Source: Parcubacteria bacterium C7867-001
GTDB lineage: Bacteria; Patescibacteriota; Minisyncoccia; Phycocordibacterales; Phycocordibacteraceae
NCBI GenBank assembly: GCA_001189095.1
Contig: LFCK01000001.1
Location: 149,251 to 213,250, forward strand
Direction of reading: 5' to 3'
Length of the DNA: 64,000 nt
Shown here: positions 38,687-47,852 of the stretch, one piece after another
Numbering within the stretch: position 1 is the first letter of the stretch
Layout of the letters: the number at the start of each line of letters is the position of its first letter
Position numbers and translations under genes: made by a program
The notes under the pieces: generated by a model
Databases searched by the model: none
Told to the model about the DNA's origin: nothing
What the model saw: only the letters and a program-made list of their open reading frames with translations

Positions 38687-38905
38687 AGAAAAAGAAAGCA
38701 GCAACGCATTCTAGGGCGCACGAAATTCATAGTCGCGTCTTTTCGAAAAACGAAAAACTCGCTTTGCTCGAACAGTTCCGTTTTTCTCAGTCGCTCGTTG
38801 AATTTCGGCTGCTGGCATGAAGCTTTCTTTTTCTTTATTTCTCACTTGGGTGGGAGAAAGATATAAAAAAATCGGCCGGAGCGTAGCTCCGGCCGATAAC
38901 TTCAG

Positions 38906-40066
38906 TTAGCGCTTCGAGAAGATGTGCGGGACGAAGCGACCGGTATTCCCAGTCACCAGCCCGTTTCCTTCTCGAATGCCCATGCCTGCGGCCCACCCAT
39001 CGACCATCCAACTTCCGATGATCGGGTAGTTACCGCTGAAATTGGGGATTGGGTAGAGGTCTTGGTAGACGTATCCTTCTTCCCCATAATCACCCGCGGT
39101 CTCTTCGACCGCTTCGCCATTCCTGACGACGGTGATGTTGGCGCCTTCACGCGCGAGCTTCGGTTTCTTGACGTAGTCTTTCGACCGAGGCTCGAAGTAC
39201 GTGGGGAGCAAATTCGGGTGACCGGGATTGAGTTCCCAGAGCACCGGCAGAATCGCCTTGTTGCTCCACAGCATTTTCCAGATCGGCTCGATCCACTGCA
39301 TCTTGTCATAGCACTCAACGATGTGCGGACCGAAGTCCTCGTTGGCGAGCCACTCCCAAGGGTACAGATGGTAGAGCACATCGATGGGTTCGTCTTGGAA
39401 GCCGACGAATCGTTTCCGTTTCTTATCCCAACCGATGTCTTGGATGAAGACCGGCTCCGTATCGAGCCCCGCTTGAACCGCGAGATCCCGAAGATACGTA
39501 GTCGTGAGGGTGTCCTCGCCGGCAGCGTCGTTCATGTGCGTGAAATGCACGCGACGTGACTTCAGCTGCGGTGCGATATGTTGCCACCGCGCGAGCAGTT
39601 TGTCGTGAAGACTGGTGAACTGATCGTGGGTGGGGAACACCTCTTCCTTCCAATTCCACTGGACGACGGCCGCCTCGAACATCGAGGTCGGCGTATCGCA
39701 GTTGTACTCGAGTAGCTTGACCCGACCCGTGCCGTTGTAGGCAAGGTCGAAGCGACCGTGGTTGAGGGCCGGAGGCTCCTCGTTCCACGCCCGCTTGATG
39801 AGCGGGACGACGAACTCGGGGATACCGAATTCGCCGAACCGATTCTCATCGATCACGTGCTGACCGGCGGCTAGGAAGAGCTGGTGTAGCGCTTCCGAGT
39901 CACGCTCGATCTCATCGATCTGGTCGGCAGTGAACTGGTAGTAGGCTGACTCGTTCCAGTACGGCAACTCCGTTCCGTCTTCAAGACGGACCGAATGCCA
40001 CACCATCCCGAGTTCCTGTACCTTCTGCTGCCAATCCGGACGAGGCGCGATCGAATGCCGTTTCAT
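38906..40066 (-). CDS. Glutathionylspermidine-synthase-family (YgiC/YjfC-like) ATP-grasp amide ligase
   Basis: 386 aa, consistent in length and composition with the YgiC/YjfC family (tentative). Sits directly downstream of a YgiB-like gene, as in the E. coli ygiBC operon. Locally elevated GC. Confidence 0.75.
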   Translation of the reverse strand: MKRHSIAPRPDWQQKVQELGMVWHSVRLEDGTELPYWNESAYYQFTADQIDEIERDSEALHQLFLAAGQHVIDENRFGEFGIPEFVVPLIKRAWNEEPPALNHGRFDLAYNGTGRVKLLEYNCDTPTSMFEAAVVQWNWKEEVFPTHDQFTSLHDKLLARWQHIAPQLKSRRVHFTHMNDAAGEDTLTTTYLRDLAVQAGLDTEPVFIQDIGWDKKRKRFVGFQDEPIDVLYHLYPWEWLANEDFGPHIVECYDKMQWIEPIWKMLWSNKAILPVLWELNPGHPNLLPTYFEPRSKDYVKKPKLAREGANITVVRNGEAVEETAGDYGEEGYVYQDLYPIPNFSGNYPIIGSWMVDGWAAGMGIREGNGLVTGNTGRFVPHIFSKR

Positions 40067-40509
40067 CAGCCGCCGCCGAAGCCGCCGTGGGCCCCGCCTG
40101 ACGCTCCGAAGCCGCCGCGAGACGTGCTCGCGCCGGAAGCTTTCGTCGCACCAAACCCGCCACGCGAGACCACTGCGGATTCAACCGCCGCGGAGCGCGT
40201 GTAGGCCGTGCCAGCGATGGGCTGACGCGACCCGCCGGTCACCACCGAGCCGTAAGGCGGAACGGTGCCTCCGCGCGAGAGGTAGTACCAGTACGGGTAG
40301 CCGCTGCCGTGATAGAGCGAGCGGTTCGTGCACTGTTCGTCCTGAATCCGCCGACCTTGATTGTCCACGCAGGCTTGCGTGGGCCGGTCGGTGGTCCAGC
40401 TCGAGGCCGTGCTGTAGCTGTCCCCTGCGGGACCGCACGCTGTCAAAAGGGCCGCCCCCAGCATTGCTGTGGAAACGGCCGCCACCAAGGGCAATTTGAA
40501 GTTTCTCAA
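40066..40509 (-). CDS. YgiB-like (DUF1190) lipoprotein with Gly-rich RGGFG C-terminus
   Basis: TTG start 6 nt after AAAGGAG. Lipoprotein signal ending LLTAC. C-terminal SRGGFGATKASGASTSRGGFGASGGAHGGFGGG resembles the RGGFG tail of YgiB proteins. 1-nt overlap with the ygiC-like start. Confidence 0.65.
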   Translation of the reverse strand: MRNFKLPLVAAVSTAMLGAALLTACGPAGDSYSTASSWTTDRPTQACVDNQGRRIQDEQCTNRSLYHGSGYPYWYYLSRGGTVPPYGSVVTGGSRQPIAGTAYTRSAAVESAVVSRGGFGATKASGASTSRGGFGASGGAHGGFGGG

Positions 40510-40663
40510 AGTACACTCCTTTACGGACGCTAAAGTCCGTTTGTATATCATAGGACTATTGACGAAAAATGTCAACTACCTAAAACTTGCAATATATAGA
40601 GAACATGTTATTATAATCCGCGTTCTTTGACAGACGTTCATTCACCTTGAAAGGAGGTTGTTC

Positions 40664-41776
40664 ATGAACATAATCCTCCGGTTGTGGCGGAAGATGCGGG
40701 ACCTTGAATATCGGTTCCTCATTGTTGCCACGATCGCGCATTTCGTCCTCTGGTACCTAGTGTTCTGGGCTACCGAGGCTCCGGATGCTGCGATGCTTAA
40801 ACCGGTAAACTACTGGTATTTCTGGTCGACGACCGCGCTCACCATCGGCTACGGCGACTTGTCGCCTCAATCCGAATTGAGCCGTCTCATCGCTCCAGTG
40901 TTCCAGTTCACCGGCCTCATCATCCTGACGACATGGCTCACCAAAGTGGGGAGCGCAGCCGTCGAGCATATGACCAAAAAACGGAGAGGGCTCATGCCAA
41001 CGAAATTGAGCGGGCACATCCTCGTGCTCGGTGATTATCATCCTGTGCGTACGGACGACTTGTTGTCGAACGCGATCCTCGATCGCCAAGATGACGGCTC
41101 GCATCCGCATGTCGTGGGATGCTTCCGTAACACGGGAGATCGAAATCCCTTCGTGCGCCCGCAGGACTACCACGGCATCACGCCGGAATACGTCCAAGCG
41201 GCGGCGAGCGGATTTAACATGCGCATTCTCGAAGAAGCTGGCGCCGAGCGCGCGAGCCACATCTACGTGAACTGCGAAGACGACAACACGGCCATTGGCC
41301 TCGTGTGTCTCCTGAGCCGGATGCAAATCAAGGCCCGCGTGGGCCTCATCCTTCAGGAATATGCGAGCGCCGAACTCGTGCCGGCGTGTCCGCTCGAACT
41401 GCAGATCATCAAGCCGATTCAGGCGGTGCTCGCGGTTCGCGCGATGGAAGACCCCGGAACGGAGGCAGCGATTCGTATGCTGCTCACCACCGGCGGGACC
41501 AAGTCCATGCATTCGCTCGAAATCACGGGCATGCAGGTAAGCGCGGAGCACGTCTCGTTCGGCTCCGTTCGTGCTGCCTTCGAGAACCTCTTCAAGGACG
41601 GCGCCTTGCTGCTCGGCTTCACTCGCGTGGAGTCGGGCGCACCGGTGCCGTACCTGATGCCGAACTCGGCAGAACTGGTCCGGCAGAACGACCGACTCCT
41701 GTACATCGCGGACAAAGATTTCTCCGCGATGGAGGAGCAGTCCTTCAACAGCGTCTTCTCGCGCGTCGCAGCGTAA
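40664..41776 (+). CDS. Two-TM potassium channel with cytoplasmic RCK/TrkA-like domains
   Basis: Selectivity filter TTALTIGYGDL. AGGAGG SD 5 nt upstream of the ATG. ~370 aa with nucleotide-binding-like RCK regions (HILVLGDYHP...). Confidence 0.8.
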   Translation: MNIILRLWRKMRDLEYRFLIVATIAHFVLWYLVFWATEAPDAAMLKPVNYWYFWSTTALTIGYGDLSPQSELSRLIAPVFQFTGLIILTTWLTKVGSAAVEHMTKKRRGLMPTKLSGHILVLGDYHPVRTDDLLSNAILDRQDDGSHPHVVGCFRNTGDRNPFVRPQDYHGITPEYVQAAASGFNMRILEEAGAERASHIYVNCEDDNTAIGLVCLLSRMQIKARVGLILQEYASAELVPACPLELQIIKPIQAVLAVRAMEDPGTEAAIRMLLTTGGTKSMHSLEITGMQVSAEHVSFGSVRAAFENLFKDGALLLGFTRVESGAPVPYLMPNSAELVRQNDRLLYIADKDFSAMEEQSFNSVFSRVAA

Positions 41777-41857
41777 GAGAAGTTGAACCTTACAACCGCG
41801 GCACTTCGTGCCGCGGTTTTTGTTTGCGCTACCGCATAAAGACGATACTGTAGTCGG

Positions 41858-42835
41858 ATGGATTCCTTCTGGAACAAACTCCCCAAACCCTTTTTCGTAC
41901 TCGCGCCGATGGCGGACGTCACGGATCCAGCGTATCGCAGGCTTATCTCTGAAACCAAGAATCCGGACGTCATGTGGACGGAGTTCGTTTCCGCCGACGG
42001 ACTGTATGCAACGCGGGAAAAAAAGAAGATGCCGGACGTCGAGAATCCGCTCCTGCGCGATTTCCAGTTTTCGGAAAGCGAGCGGCCTGTTGTCGCCCAG
42101 ATTTTCTCAAGCAAGCCCGAGATGATCGCGTATGCGTCGAAACTCGCAGCCGAGCTTGGATTCGATGGCGTTGATCTCAATATGGGTTGCCCCGATAAGT
42201 CTATTGAAAAGCAGGGGGCTGGCGCGGCCATGATTAAAACTCCTGAACTCGCAAAGGAAATCATCGCTGCGGCGCGCACGAGTGGCTTGCCCGTTTCCGT
42301 AAAGACTCGTATCGGCTACAACGCCGTGAATCTTGAAGAGTGGCTCACCGCTATTCTTGAAGAGAAACCGGCGGCGCTCACCGTGCATTTGCGTACGCGA
42401 AAGGAAATGTCGAAGGTGGATGCGCACTGGGAACTCATGGGAAACGCAGTCGAGATTCGCAATCGCGTGAGTCCAGACACGCTCATCATTGGGAACGGTG
42501 ATGTGCAGAGTATCGAAGACGGAAAGAAGAAAATCGTAGACTCGGGTGCCGACGGCGTCATGCTCGGGCGCGCTATTTTCGGTAACCCATGGCTGTTTGC
42601 GGGTCGTGCGTCAGAAAGCCTCTCGAAAGAAGAGCGTCTGGCAGCGCTAGCTCAGCTCGCGCGCTATTTCTCCGAACTGCGCCCAGCCAAGTCCTACCAC
42701 CTCCTCAAAAAGCATTTCAAAGCATTCGTTTCGGGCTTCGATGGGGCAGCGGAATTGCGCGGCAAGCTGATGGAAACGAATTCCTATCAAGAGTTTCTTG
42801 TCCTGAGTAATTCAAAGGAGTATAGTTCCGTATAG
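41858..42835 (+). CDS. tRNA-dihydrouridine synthase
   Basis: FFVLAPMADVTDPAYRRL, catalytic region LNMGCPDK. TIM-barrel Dus family. 325 aa. Confidence 0.85.
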   Translation: MDSFWNKLPKPFFVLAPMADVTDPAYRRLISETKNPDVMWTEFVSADGLYATREKKKMPDVENPLLRDFQFSESERPVVAQIFSSKPEMIAYASKLAAELGFDGVDLNMGCPDKSIEKQGAGAAMIKTPELAKEIIAAARTSGLPVSVKTRIGYNAVNLEEWLTAILEEKPAALTVHLRTRKEMSKVDAHWELMGNAVEIRNRVSPDTLIIGNGDVQSIEDGKKKIVDSGADGVMLGRAIFGNPWLFAGRASESLSKEERLAALAQLARYFSELRPAKSYHLLKKHFKAFVSGFDGAAELRGKLMETNSYQEFLVLSNSKEYSSV

Positions 42836-42853
42836 GTAGCAACGGAGGTTCTT

Positions 42854-43042
42854 GTGCCAGACAGTCAATACGATGCAGCAATCGCCCACATCAATTCGTT
42901 ATTTCATGACGTGCGCGACCCTGTTGCCCTCGTCGCTTATTGTGCGCAGCAAGATAAAGCATTCCGCAAAGAGGGAGATGTGAGTACTGCTGAAGCATTT
43001 GCGGAAGCTGAAATCAGAGCAAAAAGGCTCATTCCAGCTTAA
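42854..43042 (+). CDS. Hypothetical small protein (62 aa)
   Basis: GGAGG SD then GTG start. GC hairpin terminator at 43050-43080. Confidence 0.4.
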   Translation: MPDSQYDAAIAHINSLFHDVRDPVALVAYCAQQDKAFRKEGDVSTAEAFAEAEIRAKRLIPA

Positions 43043-43108
43043 ATCTTGAAACGCGCGCGACCAAAGGTCGCGCGCGTCGCTCTATTAGTTTGAGGTATAA
43101 TCTCCCCT

Positions 43109-44137
43109 ATGTCGCATCAGTCCCTCTATCGTAAACATCGCCCACACTCGTTTAAGGATGTGGTCGGGCAAGACTCGGTCATTGCGCCGCTCAAGGAGCA
43201 GCTCGCGTCTGAAAAGGTGGGGCACGCATATCTCTTTGCTGGCTCGCGCGGACTTGGCAAGACGTCGATCGCACGCATCTTCGCGCGCGAGCTCGGTACC
43301 GATGAGCGTGATCTCTACGAAATAGACGCCGCAAGCAACAATAGCGTTGAGGACATTCGTAATCTCACGGAAAACGTCTACACGCTCCCGTTCGCTTCGA
43401 AACACAAAGTCTATATTCTCGACGAAGCGCACATGCTCTCGAAAGGTGCATGGAATGCATTCTTGAAAACGCTCGAAGAGCCACCAGCGCATGCAATTTT
43501 CATTCTTGCGACCACCGAGCTCTCGAAGGTGCCGGAAACCGTGCAGAGCCGTTGCCAAGTGTATGAGTTCAAGCGTCCGAGCCGCGAAACACTCGCGAAA
43601 GTCGTCGTGCGTGTCGCGAAGGAGGAGGGCGTCGTTGTTGAGCCATCAGCCGCAGATCTTATTGCACTTCTCGCAGGAGGTTCGTATCGCGATGCGCTTT
43701 CGACACTTGAGAAAGTTCTTTCTTCTACAACAGAAAAAAAGATAACCCGTGAAAACGCTGAAGAGGCGACCGGCGCGCCGCGTTCAGAGCTCATTGGGAA
43801 CTTGCTCCGCGCACTTTCCGAAGGCAATGCAGACAAGGCGCTCGCGGCAATTCGCAAAGCAGAAAAGGAAAGCATCGATTTGCCGCTCTATCTTTCGCTC
43901 TTCATTGATGCGCTTCGCGCCACGCTTCTCATCCGTCACGCGCCCGAGCTGCGCAAAGAACTCGCGGAAGAACTTGGCGAGCAGTATGCGGAATTGGAAA
44001 CCATCGCGAACGCAAAGGAATCGAAGATATCTCCTACAACACTCAAAACCTTCCTCGACGCGTCGGCGCGCATCCGTTTTTCGCCAGTACCGGCGGTTCC
44101 GCTCGAACTCGCGGTACTCGAACTTCTTGCTGAATGA
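43109..44137 (+). CDS. dnaX: DNA polymerase III subunit gamma/tau (short form)
   Basis: YRKHRPHSFKDVVGQDSV..., Walker A GSRGLGKTSIARIFAREL, DEAHML, sensor region. 342 aa. Confidence 0.85.
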   Translation: MSHQSLYRKHRPHSFKDVVGQDSVIAPLKEQLASEKVGHAYLFAGSRGLGKTSIARIFARELGTDERDLYEIDAASNNSVEDIRNLTENVYTLPFASKHKVYILDEAHMLSKGAWNAFLKTLEEPPAHAIFILATTELSKVPETVQSRCQVYEFKRPSRETLAKVVVRVAKEEGVVVEPSAADLIALLAGGSYRDALSTLEKVLSSTTEKKITRENAEEATGAPRSELIGNLLRALSEGNADKALAAIRKAEKESIDLPLYLSLFIDALRATLLIRHAPELRKELAEELGEQYAELETIANAKESKISPTTLKTFLDASARIRFSPVPAVPLELAVLELLAE

Positions 44138-45039
44138 ACGCGGTAAAGGCCGGCATCGAATACGTGCTGGTTCTTTCGGTGCTTGGCGCGACCGGCTATT
44201 TCCTCTACACGAAAGCGGTACCGCTTCTCACGCCGCCGTGCTCAACGTCAGTCGAATACTCGATTGGCAGCATTGATCCTCGCTACGGTCTCTCGACTTC
44301 AACGCTCGTTTCATATCTCAAAGAGGCAGAAGCACCGTGGAATAAAGCCGCAGGGAAAACGGTGGCAACTTATATGGAGACCGGCAGCCTCAAAGTGAAT
44401 CTGGTGTATTCAGAGCAGCAGGCGGCGACGAGTCTCGGGAAAAATATCGATGCCGATCAAAAGGTGTATGTGGCAGCAAAGGCAAGCCTTGAAAGTCTGC
44501 GCCGTGCGTTCGAACAGCAGAAGAATGCGTACGAGGCCGCCGTCGCATCATTCAATGCTGCGAGCGAAGCGTATTCGGCTGAGGTCGCGAAGTGGAATGC
44601 TCGCGGCGGTGCGCCAAAAGAAATCTTCCAACAGCTCGAGAATCAGAAGCGTTCTCTCGAAGCTCGGCAAGCAAGTCTCGCGCGAGATGCGGCCGACATT
44701 AACAGCCTCGTTACGAAAATAAATCAGGGCGTTACTGCGCTTAACGCGGCGGCGAAGAAGATAAATGCGAAGGTGAGTACGTATAATTCCGCGGTCGGTG
44801 ACGACTTCGATCAAGGAGACTATGTGAGCGATGCGCAAGGGAAGCGCATCAACGTGTTCGAGTTCACGAAGGCAGCGGACCTGAAGCGCGTGCTCGAGCA
44901 CGAGCTTGGTCACGCCATTGGTCTCGGTCATGTCGAGAATCCGGCATCGATCATGTACTCGTATAATGTTGGAAGCGGTCTCGCGCTCACGGAGGAAGAC
45001 GTAGCTGAATTGAAAGCCGTTTGCAAAATAAAATCCTAA
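44134..45039 (+). CDS. Membrane-anchored coiled-coil protein with C-terminal matrixin-like (M10 metzincin) zinc protease domain
   Basis: HExxHxxGxxH = HELGHAIGLGH, followed by the Met-turn SIMYS. N-terminal TM helix and a long Ala/Gln-rich coiled coil. Confidence 0.7.
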   Translation: MNAVKAGIEYVLVLSVLGATGYFLYTKAVPLLTPPCSTSVEYSIGSIDPRYGLSTSTLVSYLKEAEAPWNKAAGKTVATYMETGSLKVNLVYSEQQAATSLGKNIDADQKVYVAAKASLESLRRAFEQQKNAYEAAVASFNAASEAYSAEVAKWNARGGAPKEIFQQLENQKRSLEARQASLARDAADINSLVTKINQGVTALNAAAKKINAKVSTYNSAVGDDFDQGDYVSDAQGKRINVFEFTKAADLKRVLEHELGHAIGLGHVENPASIMYSYNVGSGLALTEEDVAELKAVCKIKS

Positions 45040-45057
45040 GCGGCAGGATATACAAAT

Positions 45058-45131
45058 TGGGAGATCGTCTAATGGTAGGACAGCGGCCTTTGAAGCCGTG
45101 AATCTAGGTTCGATCCCTAGTCTCCCAGCCA
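45058..45131 (+). tRNA. tRNA-Gln (anticodon TTG), CCA encoded
   Basis: Acceptor tgggaga/tctccca (U1-A72). Anticodon loop ctttgaa. T-loop ggttcgatccc. Ends ...cagcca. Confidence 0.9.
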
Positions 45132-45303
45132 GCTTATGCTAAGTCAGGTGACTGACACGCATAGCTTCTCCGCCCCGTCACAGCATACCGGCTGAGAGCC
45201 GTATTCAGACAGAAAAGACCGCTCCGAAAGAGCGGTCTTTTCTGTTATCAATATTCAAAATATTAACTAGCAAAGACAGAGCAGTAGCTGGTATTATAAG
45301 GCT

Positions 45304-45876
45304 ATGTCTCTAGAACAATACTCCATTTTTCTAACTCTCGGCCTCTTTGGAATGTTTGGCTTAGTAGTCATAAGTGCTGTTCTATATTTTTTGATTCCTA
45401 AGGTGCGTAATCACATACGTTCGCACAGCTACGCAAACTTCCTTGCGGCGATCGGTCTCATATCAGTAGCATCAATCATAGGAGCTCTTACCTATCAGCT
45501 CGTGTACCTGACTCCGGTCTGCGAACTCTGCTGGTGGCAACGTATTTTCCTTTTTCCAATAGGCGTCATTGCCGCAGTGGCATTATGGTACAAGACCAGA
45601 GAAGCGCACGTTACAATCGCAATCCTCTCAGCTATAGGACTTTTCTATGCCTGCTACCATTACTACTATCATTTCCAAGGGCTGGTTCTCGGAAATACGC
45701 TCTCGCTCCCATGCTCTTTCGTGGGTCTTCTCCCTGCGTGCACTAACTCGCCGATACTCACTTTCGGCTTTGTAACGATTCCATTCATGGGCATCCTTGT
45801 ATTTTCCAGCATGCTGATATTAGCTGCCTTTGCCCATATGAAAGCTAAACGTGACGCTAAGCCAAACACGGTATAA
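45304..45876 (+). CDS. Disulfide bond formation protein DsbB/BdbC family
   Basis: Four TM helices. First Cys pair in PVCELCWWQRIF (compare BdbC PCVLCWYQR) and second pair PCSFVGLLPAC. Confidence 0.7.
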   Translation: MSLEQYSIFLTLGLFGMFGLVVISAVLYFLIPKVRNHIRSHSYANFLAAIGLISVASIIGALTYQLVYLTPVCELCWWQRIFLFPIGVIAAVALWYKTREAHVTIAILSAIGLFYACYHYYYHFQGLVLGNTLSLPCSFVGLLPACTNSPILTFGFVTIPFMGILVFSSMLILAAFAHMKAKRDAKPNTV

Positions 45877-45885
45877 TCTTTACAT

Positions 45886-46545
45886 ATGAAAATGAACTCG
45901 ACTGCATGGTGGGTTATTGGTGTGCTCGTGGTGGCAGGAGGCCTCATATTCTTATCCAATATGCTACGCACGGCGTCTACTCCTTCAACAGAAGAGGCTT
46001 CAGAGGTGCTTACGCTTGTAGCGGATGACCACAAGAAAGGGGCAGAAGACGGAAAAGTTGTCCTTGTTGAATATCTCGATTTTGAATGTGAGGCTTGTGG
46101 CGCGTACTATCCTGTTGTTAAACAGATGGAAGAGGAATTTGGGAACCGCGTGACATTCGTCGCAAGGTATTTTCCTCTTCAGGGACACAGGAACGGCATG
46201 ACTGCAGCACTTGCAGCTGAGGCAGCGGGTCGCCAGGGAAAGTTCTGGGAGATGCACGATCTTATGTATACTCGTCAGAAGGACTGGGGTGAAAAGCAGG
46301 TTTCGACTCCAGAAGTATTCGAGGAATATGCACAAGAATTGGGGCTTAACATGGAGCAGTTCAAAACAGATGTTGCGTCAGCTTCTGTAAAGGAGCGGGT
46401 AGAACGAAATCTTAACCAAGCAATTGAACTCAAACTTCAAGGAACACCCTCGTTTTTCCTTCAGGGAAAGAAAATTGCGAATCCGCAATCGCCAGAAGCA
46501 TTTAAGGCACTTATCCGGGCAGAGCTCGAGCGCGCTGGCTCATAA
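45886..46545 (+). CDS. DsbA/BdbD-like thiol:disulfide oxidoreductase (thioredoxin fold, CEAC active site), membrane-anchored
   Basis: N-terminal TM helix. VEYLDFECEACGAYYP active site. Thioredoxin-fold spacing. Confidence 0.75.
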   Translation: MKMNSTAWWVIGVLVVAGGLIFLSNMLRTASTPSTEEASEVLTLVADDHKKGAEDGKVVLVEYLDFECEACGAYYPVVKQMEEEFGNRVTFVARYFPLQGHRNGMTAALAAEAAGRQGKFWEMHDLMYTRQKDWGEKQVSTPEVFEEYAQELGLNMEQFKTDVASASVKERVERNLNQAIELKLQGTPSFFLQGKKIANPQSPEAFKALIRAELERAGS

Positions 46546-46566
46546 GTATCAGTATCAATCTTTATT

Positions 46567-47307
46567 ATGGACAAAGAAACACACATCGCCGCATCTACCG
46601 AATCTAAGCTCTCAACGCCAGTCGCCATACTTCTCGGCGCGCTCATTATCGCCGGAGCGGTACTCGTAACGAAGTACATGCCCGCGCCAAACAGCGCAAA
46701 CGTGGCGGCGCCTGGACAGCCTCAGGCTCAATCTGCAAATCTTGAAGCAGTGCGTCCGATAGGCGCGGAAGATCATATTCGTGGGAATCCCGATGCTCCT
46801 GTAAAGGTAGTCATGTATTCAGATACTGAGTGTCCATTCTGCAAGCGTTTCCATAACACCATGCAGGAACTTATGAGCACCTATGGTGCAGAAGGTAAAG
46901 TCGCATGGGTATACCGTCATTTCCCGCTTGACCAACTTCACAAAAAAGCACGCAAGGAAGCAGTCGCTAGCGAGTGCGCCGCAGAGCAAGGAGGTAACGA
47001 TGCTTTCTGGGCATACATGGATCGCATGATGGAGATAACCCCTTCTAACGATGGTCTTGACTCGGCGGAGCTTCCGAAGATAGCGGCGTTCATTGGACTT
47101 GATGTGACGAAGTTCAATGCATGTCTTTCCTCAGACAAATACGCAAAGCGCGTGCAGGACGATGCGGACAATGCGCTTAAAACAGGGGGTCAAGGAACTC
47201 CGTGGAGTATCGTTATTGGACCAAACGGGAAGAAGTACGAGCTATCAGGGGCGCAACCAATCGACGCAGTACGTCAGCTGGTTGATATTGCGCTAGCAGA
47301 TAAATAA
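46567..47307 (+). CDS. DsbA-like thiol:disulfide oxidoreductase (CPFC active site), membrane-anchored
   Basis: VVMYSDTECPFCKRFH active site. TM anchor near the N-terminus. Confidence 0.75.
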   Translation: MDKETHIAASTESKLSTPVAILLGALIIAGAVLVTKYMPAPNSANVAAPGQPQAQSANLEAVRPIGAEDHIRGNPDAPVKVVMYSDTECPFCKRFHNTMQELMSTYGAEGKVAWVYRHFPLDQLHKKARKEAVASECAAEQGGNDAFWAYMDRMMEITPSNDGLDSAELPKIAAFIGLDVTKFNACLSSDKYAKRVQDDADNALKTGGQGTPWSIVIGPNGKKYELSGAQPIDAVRQLVDIALADK

Positions 47308-47311
47308 CCGA

Positions 47312-47845
47312 ATGAAAGAGACTCTTGCTAAGGTCTTCAAAGAAACCAGAAGCAAGATTATTGCGACAGGTTCAATGTTAGTACTTTTCAGTGCCATCGC
47401 GCTTGTTCCAAATGCCGGGGTGTTGGGACAGGTGTTTGGCTCGTCAGTGCCATTTGCTCAGAAGGTAGCTTTTTCCTTTACGTTGCTTGGCTCTCCAGCA
47501 GCCAATGCAACTATGTTCGGTTTCGTTGCAATACTTGTAAGCATCTTCCTTTCGGGTGTGGTTATCGCGCTTGCAGTCTATGCCTTTAGCAAGCGTACGG
47601 AGAATGTGGGCGCGATGGGTGTATCAGGACTTGGCATGGTATCTGCGTTTATCGGCATCGGATGCGCGTCCTGCGGATCGCTCCTTCTGTCAGCTCTCAT
47701 TCCTATCTTGGGTATAGGGGCGTTTGTAAGCATCTTGCCGCTCGGCGGGCTTGAATTCAGTATTCTTGGTGTAGTCCTCTTGCTAGTATCGATCTACCTA
47801 CTTCTTATGCAGATAGCGAAACCGAGTGTGTGTGCTGTAGCATAG
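47312..47845 (+). CDS. Polytopic membrane protein with intramembrane CxxC (GIGCASCGS)
   Basis: About 5 TM helices. Directly downstream of the Dsb genes on the same strand. Confidence 0.5.
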   Translation: MKETLAKVFKETRSKIIATGSMLVLFSAIALVPNAGVLGQVFGSSVPFAQKVAFSFTLLGSPAANATMFGFVAILVSIFLSGVVIALAVYAFSKRTENVGAMGVSGLGMVSAFIGIGCASCGSLLLSALIPILGIGAFVSILPLGGLEFSILGVVLLLVSIYLLLMQIAKPSVCAVA

Positions 47846-47852
47846 ATATAGT

